IMG/VR virus record: IMGVR_UViG_3300029258_002750
Location: 186,001 to 250,000 of that record
DNA: 64,000 nt
Direction: 5' to 3' (one strand)
In this document: one piece after another, positions 35,796 to 44,578 of the stretch
Layout of the letters: every line of letters starts with the position of its first letter
How positions within the stretch are numbered: the first letter of the stretch is position 1
Notes under the pieces: generated by a model
Told to the model about the DNA's origin: nothing
What the model saw: the letters and a program-made list of their open reading frames with translations, nothing else
Database searches by the model: none
Program-made: the position numbers and the translations under genes

Positions 35796-36779
35796 ATGGC
35801 CGATCTCACCCCGCGTCTTTCGATCCCGGTTCCCTCGGAGTTCGAGGAGCCCTACTACGAGACGTCCCGCGACGGGTCGCTGGCCTTGGACTCCATCGGT
35901 TACAGCAACGCCGAGAACAGTCAGCTCCAGTTCCTCTCCACTGGCTCGGTCGGCTGGGACGTCGCCGGGGCGCCGCCGAATGGCCTGGTCTACTGGACCG
36001 AGGACATCGATGTCACCGGATTCTCCGACGCCTTCAAGGCTTACATCGCAGGCGGGGCCTCGGTCGAGATGCAAGACGGGGAGGTGCTGTTCTTCCTCCT
36101 CCCGCGCGCGCTCAGGGCCAGGACGGAGCTGACGCTCTACCGGAGCAACCGGATCTTCCTAGAGGGCTCTCGGCTGCCGGATCTTCGACTGTTCTGCGCC
36201 CGGGTGGGCGACAAGCTCTACTTCCAGAATGGCCTGAGCCTCAAGGACGGCCAGGAGGGGGAGTTGTTCGGTGGCGGCCTGTTTCCCTCCACCATCACGC
36301 CGATCCACCAGCACGAGCCAGCGCTGATCATCCAGCCGCCATCGGCCGGGGTCTCGACGCTCGATGCGGGCATCACTGCCCCAGACCTGATCAAGGTGGA
36401 GGTCTACCGGAACGGCCAGCTTCTCGCCGCACCGGACGACTACACGATCAACCTGGGAACCGGGATCGTCACGCTCGTCATCCCCACGGTGCACGGCAGC
36501 GAGCGCTTCGTGCTCCTGCGCGAGACCCGTGACCCGATCTCGCTCACGCTGGGACACTCGCACCTCTCGACGCTCGTGCTCAAGCCAGCCCCGGCCACGG
36601 CACTGCTCGACATGCTGGTGACCGCCCCTGTGCTGGACGCTGTGGACCTGTTCCGTGGCGGTGCCATCCTGGTCGAGCCTGACGACTACACCCTCGATAC
36701 CGGCACCGGCTTTGTCACACTCGTGACGCCAACCGGGGTTGGTGAGGTCTTCGTGGCGCATCGGAGGATCAACGTCTAG
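35796..36779 (+). CDS. Baseplate-associated structural protein with two C-terminal repeats
   Basis: Two ~70-aa repeats (VYRNGQLLAAPDDYTINLGTGIVTL / LFRGGAILVEPDDYTLDTGTGFVTL). Confidence 0.6.
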   Translation: MADLTPRLSIPVPSEFEEPYYETSRDGSLALDSIGYSNAENSQLQFLSTGSVGWDVAGAPPNGLVYWTEDIDVTGFSDAFKAYIAGGASVEMQDGEVLFFLLPRALRARTELTLYRSNRIFLEGSRLPDLRLFCARVGDKLYFQNGLSLKDGQEGELFGGGLFPSTITPIHQHEPALIIQPPSAGVSTLDAGITAPDLIKVEVYRNGQLLAAPDDYTINLGTGIVTLVIPTVHGSERFVLLRETRDPISLTLGHSHLSTLVLKPAPATALLDMLVTAPVLDAVDLFRGGAILVEPDDYTLDTGTGFVTLVTPTGVGEVFVAHRRINV

Positions 36780-36781
36780 TC

Positions 36782-37711
36782 ATGGGCAAGCCGTCGAGAA
36801 TCGGTTACGGCCACAACCCCTTCGGGCATCCGCACGGCGGCGCCTTGTTCAGCGTCCCCGGCGGCGGCCCGTACTCGGTCAATGCTGGGTTCGGCCGAGG
36901 CGACTGGGCCGAGGAGGTCACCTGGCGGATCCTCCCCGACGACACGCGGGATGAGGACGGGCTCGGCAGCGACGTTCCAGAGCCGCTCCGGGGGATCATT
37001 GAGGCCGTCAAGCCGCTCCTGAACGAGCTGCTCGCCAAGTGGGCGATCTTCCCGAGCTTGTGGGACGCGGTCACCTGTCCGATCGACCAGCTGCCGATGC
37101 TGGCCTACAACGTGGGGATCACGCTCGATCCCACGAAGAACGAGCGGCTTCAGCGCTCGGAGGTGCTCAACGCTCCCCAGCTGTTCCTGCACAAGGGAAC
37201 CGACCTGGGCTACACGATCCTCGCTGCCTTCGAGGATCTCCTGGTCGAGATCATTCCGCTCTGGGCCGAGAGCGCCGACCCCAGCGCCGCACTGACCCCG
37301 GTCGACCCGACCGTGTTTATCCCGTACTACAACAGCGAGGTCACCGACGTGGTGCCCCTCGACGCGGAGTACGACGACCGCTTCGCGCTGTGGCCCAAGT
37401 ACCTGGGTGTCAAGGACGAGAAGCGGTCCCACTTCCTGCGGCTGATCTTCTATCCGACAGATGACCCTTCGCAGGACTTCGACCCCGATGTGGCCGCGCG
37501 TCTGGCCGAGCGGCTGCTGCGGTTTAAGCCGATCTACGTGGAGATCGACAGGATCGTGTTCGACGGCCTACGCGGGTCGAGTCAGACGTGGACACAGAGC
37601 ATCGAGGCTGGCGACCACGCCGCCGGAATGTGGATGAATGGCCCAATCGTCGCGATGTTGACCGCAGCCAGCCAGACGTGGACCGGCGCTGTCGTGGCGG
37701 ACACGGTATGA
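36782..37711 (+). CDS. Baseplate/tail protein (P2 gpI or gp7-like)
   Basis: CPIDQLPMLAYNVGI...QLFLHKGTDLGY, follows the baseplate J-like gene. Confidence 0.65.
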   Translation: MGKPSRIGYGHNPFGHPHGGALFSVPGGGPYSVNAGFGRGDWAEEVTWRILPDDTRDEDGLGSDVPEPLRGIIEAVKPLLNELLAKWAIFPSLWDAVTCPIDQLPMLAYNVGITLDPTKNERLQRSEVLNAPQLFLHKGTDLGYTILAAFEDLLVEIIPLWAESADPSAALTPVDPTVFIPYYNSEVTDVVPLDAEYDDRFALWPKYLGVKDEKRSHFLRLIFYPTDDPSQDFDPDVAARLAERLLRFKPIYVEIDRIVFDGLRGSSQTWTQSIEAGDHAAGMWMNGPIVAMLTAASQTWTGAVVADTV

Positions 37712-37905
37712 GCGAGCTGACGATGGCGAGGATGGAATACGCCAAGCGAGTTGCCCCATTCGTGTCAACGAGCTGGCTCGCAAAGACGATTCTCGATCTC
37801 AGCGAAGATGAATACCAGGCGCTCAGGCGCAAGGTGATCTACGAGACGCTCTACGAAGAGAGCGCAGTTGACCTGCTCGGCGCTCTCGCGGAGAGGAAGA
37901 GCTAG
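37708..37905 (+). CDS. 65-aa protein homologous to the portal C-terminal (crown) helices
   Basis: EYAKRVAPFVSTSWLAKTILDLSEDEYQAL vs portal DYASRIQPWVSTRWIQEKILKFSEEEIKEI: 13/30 identical by manual alignment. ATGA and TAGATG coupling. Confidence 0.7.
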   Translation: MSELTMARMEYAKRVAPFVSTSWLAKTILDLSEDEYQALRRKVIYETLYEESAVDLLGALAERKS

Positions 37906-39309
37906 ATGGCGAAGGCGCTAGCGTTCAGGCGAGACACCAGCACGGTCGTCACGATCGACACCATCAACAACGTCGTGGCCGACGTTGGAATCGCGATTCC
38001 CGGAGCGCTCACGACGACGGTGTTTCCGGGGCGTACCAGGAACAACATCGCCGTCTACAACGGCGATCCCTACCTGCTCTACATCCACTCGTCAGGCGAG
38101 GCCCGTGTCGCGGTATACCAGAGCGGCTCGTGGTCCGACGTTCCATCGGCCGCTTTCCCTCCTGTGTCGGGAACCGTCGTTCCGATCAGCCTGGAGGTCG
38201 TCCAAGACTACCTCGTGATGAGCGTGTGGCGGCAGAACTCCGCCAGCGTGGATGGTCTGATCGTGAAGCGGACGGCCGATGGCTCGACGTGGGACGCGCC
38301 GGTGGCACTCGGCGCCCCTGTGCAGCCCACGGTCTCGGAGGGCTGCGCCTCGATCGCCTGGCGACAGGTCATGTGGTACGCCACGGCGAGCGGGATCGCC
38401 TACTACAACCCGATCACCAACACGATGTCGGCCGCCTTCGATGACGGGGACGACGGCAACCTCGACGGTCCAGAGGTGCCCGTCGGCTCGTTCGCGTTCT
38501 GGAACAACAACCTCTACGTCCTGAAGCCTGGGACAGCCCTGTCCCTCTACCAGCTCGACACCGCGTGGCAGCCGACAGCGCCAACCGCCCCGCCCTCGTG
38601 GACCAAGCTCTCGGCTACCGGCATCCCGAGCTTGGGATCGCTCACGATCGTACCGGACACGCCACCTGCGCTGCTCTTCGTCAACAGGGTCGATGAGTTG
38701 TGCATCCTCTACTCGGCCGCGCTTGGCTCGAAGCTCGTCAAGACGGACGCGGCGGCCTTCCCAGTCTTCGCCTTCACGGACGTGACGACCAGCCTGCTAC
38801 CCTCGGCCATCCAGGGCATCTCGGACGGCGGCTTCACGCTCTACCAGGACGACCGGCGACGGGTCAACGAGGTTCAGAACATCCTGATTCACAGTAGCTC
38901 CACCACCCAGCTGGCTACGTGGGATGGCGTGTCGGAGATCAACGTCCGAACGACATTCTCCCATCGGGTCATGCCGCCCGATGAGCGGTTTGGCGCGCTG
39001 CGGACGTTCACGAACCTCCAGCCGACGACTTCGATTACTGGCGTCGCGCAACCGTGGGACGGTCGCGTCGTGATCGACTACGACGTCAGAGATGCCAGTT
39101 CGCGGCCGGTGGACATCTTCGGCGAGTACTCGGTCGATGGCGACGAGTGGTCGCCGATGACCCAGGGCGACGGGGATGACGGCAACGAGCAGCTCGCGAC
39201 AACCCCGGCAGGCAGCAGCTACCAGTTCTACTGGGACGCCTGGGCCGACCTGACCGGCACGTACCCCAACATGAACATGCGGATCGTCTCCCGGATCTCC
39301 GGGGTCTAG
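37906..39309 (+). CDS. Hypothetical beta-rich structural protein
   Basis: 467-aa ORF rich in W/Y beta-strand motifs, in the baseplate/fibre region. Confidence 0.65.
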   Translation: MAKALAFRRDTSTVVTIDTINNVVADVGIAIPGALTTTVFPGRTRNNIAVYNGDPYLLYIHSSGEARVAVYQSGSWSDVPSAAFPPVSGTVVPISLEVVQDYLVMSVWRQNSASVDGLIVKRTADGSTWDAPVALGAPVQPTVSEGCASIAWRQVMWYATASGIAYYNPITNTMSAAFDDGDDGNLDGPEVPVGSFAFWNNNLYVLKPGTALSLYQLDTAWQPTAPTAPPSWTKLSATGIPSLGSLTIVPDTPPALLFVNRVDELCILYSAALGSKLVKTDAAAFPVFAFTDVTTSLLPSAIQGISDGGFTLYQDDRRRVNEVQNILIHSSSTTQLATWDGVSEINVRTTFSHRVMPPDERFGALRTFTNLQPTTSITGVAQPWDGRVVIDYDVRDASSRPVDIFGEYSVDGDEWSPMTQGDGDDGNEQLATTPAGSSYQFYWDAWADLTGTYPNMNMRIVSRISGV

Positions 39310-39381
39310 GAAGATAGAGGCACTCGGTCGGTGAATGGTGGTAAGTTCGCTCTCTGGCACGCTAGGTGAGGTGGAGAGCAA

Positions 39382-39651
39382 ATGCCGAAGATCGAACTGG
39401 ACGAGTTAGGAGAGGCCCACGTCAAGCTGCTCATGGAGACGAGAGGCAGGGCAGTGGCCGAGGCCGAGAGGAAGTTCAACGAGGGCCTGGAGATCGTGCT
39501 GCGAGCGAGCAACCACGAGTGGCCCGGCACAGACCTGGGTGTCCGCAAGAAGGAAGGCAAGATGCTCCTTGTGTGGGGGGATGAGCTGACCAAGGAGAAG
39601 GGGGCCATCGCGGCCAGCGGTGGTCCGCCGGAAGATACGCCGCCCTACTAG
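39382..39651 (+). CDS. Hypothetical protein
   Basis: 89 aa, GGAG RBS. Confidence 0.6.
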   Translation: MPKIELDELGEAHVKLLMETRGRAVAEAERKFNEGLEIVLRASNHEWPGTDLGVRKKEGKMLLVWGDELTKEKGAIAASGGPPEDTPPY

Positions 39652-39661
39652 GAGGCGATGA

Positions 39662-40129
39662 ATGAGCACCCTGATTCGACAAGGCGACACGCTTCCGCTG
39701 TCGTTGCAGCTCCCGGACGGGGTCACCTCGAAGTACCCGCAGGCGGACATCTACTCGGTGGCCGGGGCACTCCTGACCACCGTGGACCTCGTCCACCGCG
39801 CCACCGGGCTCTACACGGTCGACACGGAGAACATGCCTGCCCAGGACTTCGTGACGGTCGTCTACACCGTCTACGATGACGCCGGTCACACGATCGTCTC
39901 TGCCACGTACGACCGGACGTCCGAGGTGTTCGTTCGGGCCGCGTTCATCGCGCTGGGCGACCTCGTGGACGGGACGGTCACCGTCCAGACAGCCCTGGCT
40001 CGCGCGAACGCGGCTGCGGCCGGGAAGGTCGTCAGAACGATGGGTAACCGTTACGAGTACCGCAATGACGCGGACACGGGCGCCCTGTTCACCAACATCG
40101 ACAACGACACGGAGCGGACCCCGGTGTGA
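39662..40129 (+). CDS. Hypothetical structural protein
   Basis: 155 aa, GGAGG RBS, Ig-like beta pattern. Confidence 0.65.
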   Translation: MSTLIRQGDTLPLSLQLPDGVTSKYPQADIYSVAGALLTTVDLVHRATGLYTVDTENMPAQDFVTVVYTVYDDAGHTIVSATYDRTSEVFVRAAFIALGDLVDGTVTVQTALARANAAAAGKVVRTMGNRYEYRNDADTGALFTNIDNDTERTPV

Positions 40130-40401
40130 CGACGGTCAGGCGCGTCTACACTTTCGGATGGGATGGACCTCCGCCCTCAGGCGAGGAGGACGAGCCCACG
40201 TTCGTCTTTACCGGCGGCTGGTTCGGACAGTCGTACGACATTCCGCTCATCGAACCGCTGGATCCATCGATCGTGGCTCACGAGCAGAAGATCACCGGCC
40301 AGCTGACGACGTTCTTCGCACAGGGCACAGGCTCGACGATCAGTCCCGGCACCAGGGGCGTGGAGAGCGGAGACGCGAGGGTTGGTGAGGTGGTGCTGTA
40401 G
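40126..40401 (+). CDS. Hypothetical protein
   Basis: 91 aa, GTGA coupled. Confidence 0.55.
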   Translation: MTTVRRVYTFGWDGPPPSGEEDEPTFVFTGGWFGQSYDIPLIEPLDPSIVAHEQKITGQLTTFFAQGTGSTISPGTRGVESGDARVGEVVL

Positions 40402-42596
40402 TGGCTGTCTTCCCGACGAGCACGATCAACAAGCAGAACGTGAAGTTCCGGTACGGGGAGCAGTACGTCTCGGAGGCCGCGAACCGGAAATTCCTCGCGA
40501 TCCCGAGAGGCGTCTACTACGGCTTCATCCCCACGTTCGAGAACGACGTGCTGACCCTCGCGCCGGACCCGACCTACGGAGTCTCTCAGGCTCGGCTCAC
40601 GTCGTCCGACGATCCGCTGATCGCGCTCGATGTCGTGACCACTGAGTCGATCACGCTTGACTTCACCGGTCACTCGAGCTACCCGGTGAACGTGGTCCTC
40701 AAGGCCAACGGGGCGCTGGGGCTGGCGCACTCAGCCCAGGTCTTCACCAAGGTCGGGGCCGCGACTGATCCGACCGAGCTGCTGCTCGGCGAGGTCACGG
40801 CCGCGAACACGATCGACGTGACGCTGCCCGCCAAGAGGAGCAACCCCTACGCCTACGCCGGGGCGCCTCTCGGCTACGGCTTCATGCCCTCGGGGTCGGT
40901 CGAGGATCTCATCGCCGCCGTCTCCCTGGTGCAGGAGGTCGAGAACGCCAGAACCGATCTGACTGGCTTCACGCACCCGACCCTGCGTGAGCGGCTCGAC
41001 GCCGACGCCACTGGTCCGGCCATCGCCGAGCGGCTGGGGAAAGAGCTGCGGACGATTGTCAGCGAGGACATCACGCTGCCGTCTGCGCCTACCGGCAGTA
41101 TCAACGTGAGCCGGTCGTTCTCGGCCCTCTACCGATCGTCCTCGCCTGTCGAGAACATCCCCGGGTTCGCCTCCGAGGACCGCAACGGTGCGATCACGGG
41201 TGGAACACTCCCAGTTCTGGTGCCGCCGGGTGCGCTGTCTGACTCGGAGCGCAACGTCTGCATGGTTATCGATACCTCGACCGAGCGCCGGATCCAGAAC
41301 ACTGCCAAGGTGGCGGCCTACGGGCGGCTGACGCTCTCCGAGGTCGTGCTCACGGGCACGCTCACGTTCGTGGCCGCAAGCGATCGGGTCAGCGGAGCTG
41401 GAACCGACTTCCCGAACCAGGTAGAGGTTGGGGACATCGTCCAAGATACGGCCGATGACTACTACGAGGTGACCGCGATTCCCCAGACCGTGACAGGCGA
41501 GCTGCTCGCGACGATCGGCGGCTCACCCGCTCCGCACGATCTCTCGACGACTCCGCTCTCGAACCCAACGGCGATCATCCCCGGCTCCGTCTCGATCGAC
41601 GTCGTGGTGGACGGTGTAGGGTCCGACGTCATCATCGACGACGGGGCCGGGAACCTCACGAGCGCCGCGCTGACCGCACCCGGGACGATCAATTACACGA
41701 CCGGGGCAATGACCGGAGTCACGGTCAACCTCCAGGCGGCCTCGCTGGTCCAGGCCAACTACACCACGGTGACCAACGAGATCCAGATCTCGACGCCAGC
41801 TGCCACCCCCGGCTCGTCGGCTACATTGCTGAGGCGGCGGTTCACTCTCTCCTTCTACGTTCGCACCGGCATCGGAGCCGAGTCCGGCCTGGCGCTCGAC
41901 GGCGGCCCGACGCTTCGGTTCTTCTTCCCGCTCTGGGACACGATGGAGACGTCGCAGTTCGACTACCTGCCGTACCTCTTCAGGAACGCGGACGCCGAGC
42001 CGGTGATCGACGCGACGACCGTGATCTCAGGCCGCGCGCTGGTAGCCGCCAACGCGGGTGATGGGAAGGCCGGGGCCATCAACGAGATTCAGGACACGGG
42101 GAACCCGCTGCCGGACGGCTTCTACCACACGCTCAACTTCAACGGCGCATCCGATGGCGGGAGCGGCGTTGCCAACATCACGCAGCGAGGGCCGACCGGG
42201 CCAACAGGGCCAGACGCATCTGGCGGGCCGGTCGGACCAACTGGTCCGAAGGGCGATCAGGGACCCGGCTTCGAGCGATCGTCCGGCGACAACCCTGGAA
42301 CCTATCCGATCGTAGAGACATTCAACGTACCCCAGGGCTACTTTGGGTATACGCCAGGGACGACCTGGACCGACACGCACGACTTCAGTGCCACTCACAG
42401 CATCTCGGAGATCTTGTTCGGAACGACGGGGCTCTCGAAGTGGAACCCGAACGACGACCATGGGGACGACCGCTGGCAGATCGAGCTGCTCGAGAAGATC
42501 TCGGCTACGACGTTGCGGGTGACCGGCTATGTGCCGCTCGGCAACCCGGATGTCGCCGGTATCCGATTCCTCTTCAACGCTGCGGGGCTTGACTGA
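40401..42596 (+). CDS. Tail fibre-like protein, paralogue 1 (short collagen stalk)
   Basis: Shares GVYxGFxP, GFMP, ERLxAD...RLG, RRxTL, RFxFP and HTxNF motifs with the next two genes. GPTGPT triplets at 42189-42269. Confidence 0.75.
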   Translation: MAVFPTSTINKQNVKFRYGEQYVSEAANRKFLAIPRGVYYGFIPTFENDVLTLAPDPTYGVSQARLTSSDDPLIALDVVTTESITLDFTGHSSYPVNVVLKANGALGLAHSAQVFTKVGAATDPTELLLGEVTAANTIDVTLPAKRSNPYAYAGAPLGYGFMPSGSVEDLIAAVSLVQEVENARTDLTGFTHPTLRERLDADATGPAIAERLGKELRTIVSEDITLPSAPTGSINVSRSFSALYRSSSPVENIPGFASEDRNGAITGGTLPVLVPPGALSDSERNVCMVIDTSTERRIQNTAKVAAYGRLTLSEVVLTGTLTFVAASDRVSGAGTDFPNQVEVGDIVQDTADDYYEVTAIPQTVTGELLATIGGSPAPHDLSTTPLSNPTAIIPGSVSIDVVVDGVGSDVIIDDGAGNLTSAALTAPGTINYTTGAMTGVTVNLQAASLVQANYTTVTNEIQISTPAATPGSSATLLRRRFTLSFYVRTGIGAESGLALDGGPTLRFFFPLWDTMETSQFDYLPYLFRNADAEPVIDATTVISGRALVAANAGDGKAGAINEIQDTGNPLPDGFYHTLNFNGASDGGSGVANITQRGPTGPTGPDASGGPVGPTGPKGDQGPGFERSSGDNPGTYPIVETFNVPQGYFGYTPGTTWTDTHDFSATHSISEILFGTTGLSKWNPNDDHGDDRWQIELLEKISATTLRVTGYVPLGNPDVAGIRFLFNAAGLD

Positions 42597-44578
42597 TGGC
42601 GATCTACCCCGTCGAGTTCTTCACCCTGGGCAACGCGCTACTCAACTACTCCGACGAGTGGCAGTCGGCGCCGCTCGTTCAGAAGTTCGGGGGGATGCCG
42701 AAAGGCGTCTACGTCGGATTCACGCCAACCGTGGCCTCGCCGGTGCTCAACCTGGTGACCGACGCCGCCGAGGGCTTCTCGCTCCTCAAGACAGCATCTC
42801 AGGACGATCCGGGAGGACTGACAGTCGCTCTGGACTCGAACATCTCCCTGGACTTCACGGGTCAGCCTCCAGGCGACTTCCCGCTTCACGTGATCGCGCG
42901 AGCCTCGTACACAGCCGACGGGTCAGCGCCGACCTCGGCCGAGATCATCACCAGGTCAGCTGGACCAGTGGCCCACGACGAGGTGCTAGTCTGCATCGTG
43001 ACCGGGAACGCCGGGGCGATGACGATCTCCTACCGGCTTGTGCTGAACTTCGGCCACTCCCACACGGTCGAGCTGGACGCCAGCCTCAACGGCACTTCTT
43101 CGATCGACGACAGCCACTCCCACACGGTCGTCGCCGGGGTCGTGCAGATGGCGTCCGGCCACACGCACTCCCTGGATATGCTGCGGGATGCGCCGCTGGC
43201 CTACGACGGTGTCGACTTCGGCTTCATGCCCGCCGGATCTGTCGAAGACCTCGCGACGGCCGTCGAGATCGTCAACGAGATGGCCGCAGCTCGGATCGGG
43301 CTGGATTCGACCGTCTACGACACGCTCTCCGAACGACTCGCTGCCGACCAGAGCGCGCCCTCGATGGGCGGTCGGTTGGGTTTCATCCTCGCGGCGCTAC
43401 GAAGCAACGACTACCTGGTCGAGTCGGGCGATACCTCGGTCAACGTCTCGGGATCGTTCTCCGAGGTCAACCGGCTCCACAAGCCCGAGATCACTCTCGA
43501 CGGCCAGGGCGCCGAGGGTGTGCGCGGGGCCGTCTCGTCGCCCAACGACGACGTACGCAACATCGCGGTGGTGCTTGACGCGGTGACCGGATACCGGCTC
43601 CTCGACGATGACGACACTCGGCGAGTGATCTTCGGCCGCGTGACCGGCCCAGAGGAATCCACGCTCACCGGGACCTACAACTTCCTGAACGCCCAGAAGG
43701 CCGTGTCGATCACGGACGGCCAGGCGGTCGGAGAGCTGGAGGTTGGGGACACGATCATGGGTGTTGACGGCCTCTACTATGAGGTCGGGACGATCTTCTC
43801 TGACGAGCTGATCGAGCTGGTCGACGAGTACCAGGGGCCAAACGCCGCGTCGGGCGGCCTGACGAAGCGGCGCTGGACGCTGGAGCTGAAGAAGATCTCG
43901 GGCACGCTCGAGATCGATGCCGAGGCTGATGCGGCGACCACCATCCGGTTCATCTTCCCCGCCTTTGTGCCGCTCGAGACAGGCATGGCCGATCAGCGGC
44001 TCATTCACCACATGCCGGGCGGTAAGCCGCCGCTGCCCGACGCGACTACGACGCAGCGAGGCCGCGTGCTCTTGTCTCAGTCTGGCGCGAAGCTGGGCGC
44101 GATCAATATCCAAAACGCGGGTGCACCGCTGGTTGGCGGACCGTTCCACACGATCAACTTCCGTGACGGAGGCGGCCAGGTCATCGAGACCGGCGATGGT
44201 GAGGTCACAGTCGGCGAGATCGGACCGACTGGACCAACAGGCGACCCCGGCATCCCGGGAGCCCCAGGACCAACCGGGCCGGATGGTGTTGGATTCGACG
44301 AGATCAACGTCTGGGAACTCAGCGGGTGGTTGCCCAGCTCCGGCTACAACTCGGGTGGCCCGAACACCTACAGCTTCCAGACGGGGATGGGGCACACGAT
44401 CAGGGCCTTGTGCGGCGGCATCGCCTCGTGGGATGACGATGGCGTCTTCGAGACCAGTACGCCGGACGAGATCGAGATCATCGACATCACCGGCGTAGGA
44501 ACAGGCACCGGCCGGATCGAGATCACCCTGCGCAACGACACGCGCGCGAAGCTCTTCTTGTCATCGGCGGGGTCGTAA
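42596..44578 (+). CDS. Tail fibre-like protein, paralogue 2
   Basis: Same architecture. His-rich insertion. Eight Gly-X-Y triplets at 44222-44293. Confidence 0.75.
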   Translation: MAIYPVEFFTLGNALLNYSDEWQSAPLVQKFGGMPKGVYVGFTPTVASPVLNLVTDAAEGFSLLKTASQDDPGGLTVALDSNISLDFTGQPPGDFPLHVIARASYTADGSAPTSAEIITRSAGPVAHDEVLVCIVTGNAGAMTISYRLVLNFGHSHTVELDASLNGTSSIDDSHSHTVVAGVVQMASGHTHSLDMLRDAPLAYDGVDFGFMPAGSVEDLATAVEIVNEMAAARIGLDSTVYDTLSERLAADQSAPSMGGRLGFILAALRSNDYLVESGDTSVNVSGSFSEVNRLHKPEITLDGQGAEGVRGAVSSPNDDVRNIAVVLDAVTGYRLLDDDDTRRVIFGRVTGPEESTLTGTYNFLNAQKAVSITDGQAVGELEVGDTIMGVDGLYYEVGTIFSDELIELVDEYQGPNAASGGLTKRRWTLELKKISGTLEIDAEADAATTIRFIFPAFVPLETGMADQRLIHHMPGGKPPLPDATTTQRGRVLLSQSGAKLGAINIQNAGAPLVGGPFHTINFRDGGGQVIETGDGEVTVGEIGPTGPTGDPGIPGAPGPTGPDGVGFDEINVWELSGWLPSSGYNSGGPNTYSFQTGMGHTIRALCGGIASWDDDGVFETSTPDEIEIIDITGVGTGTGRIEITLRNDTRAKLFLSSAGS

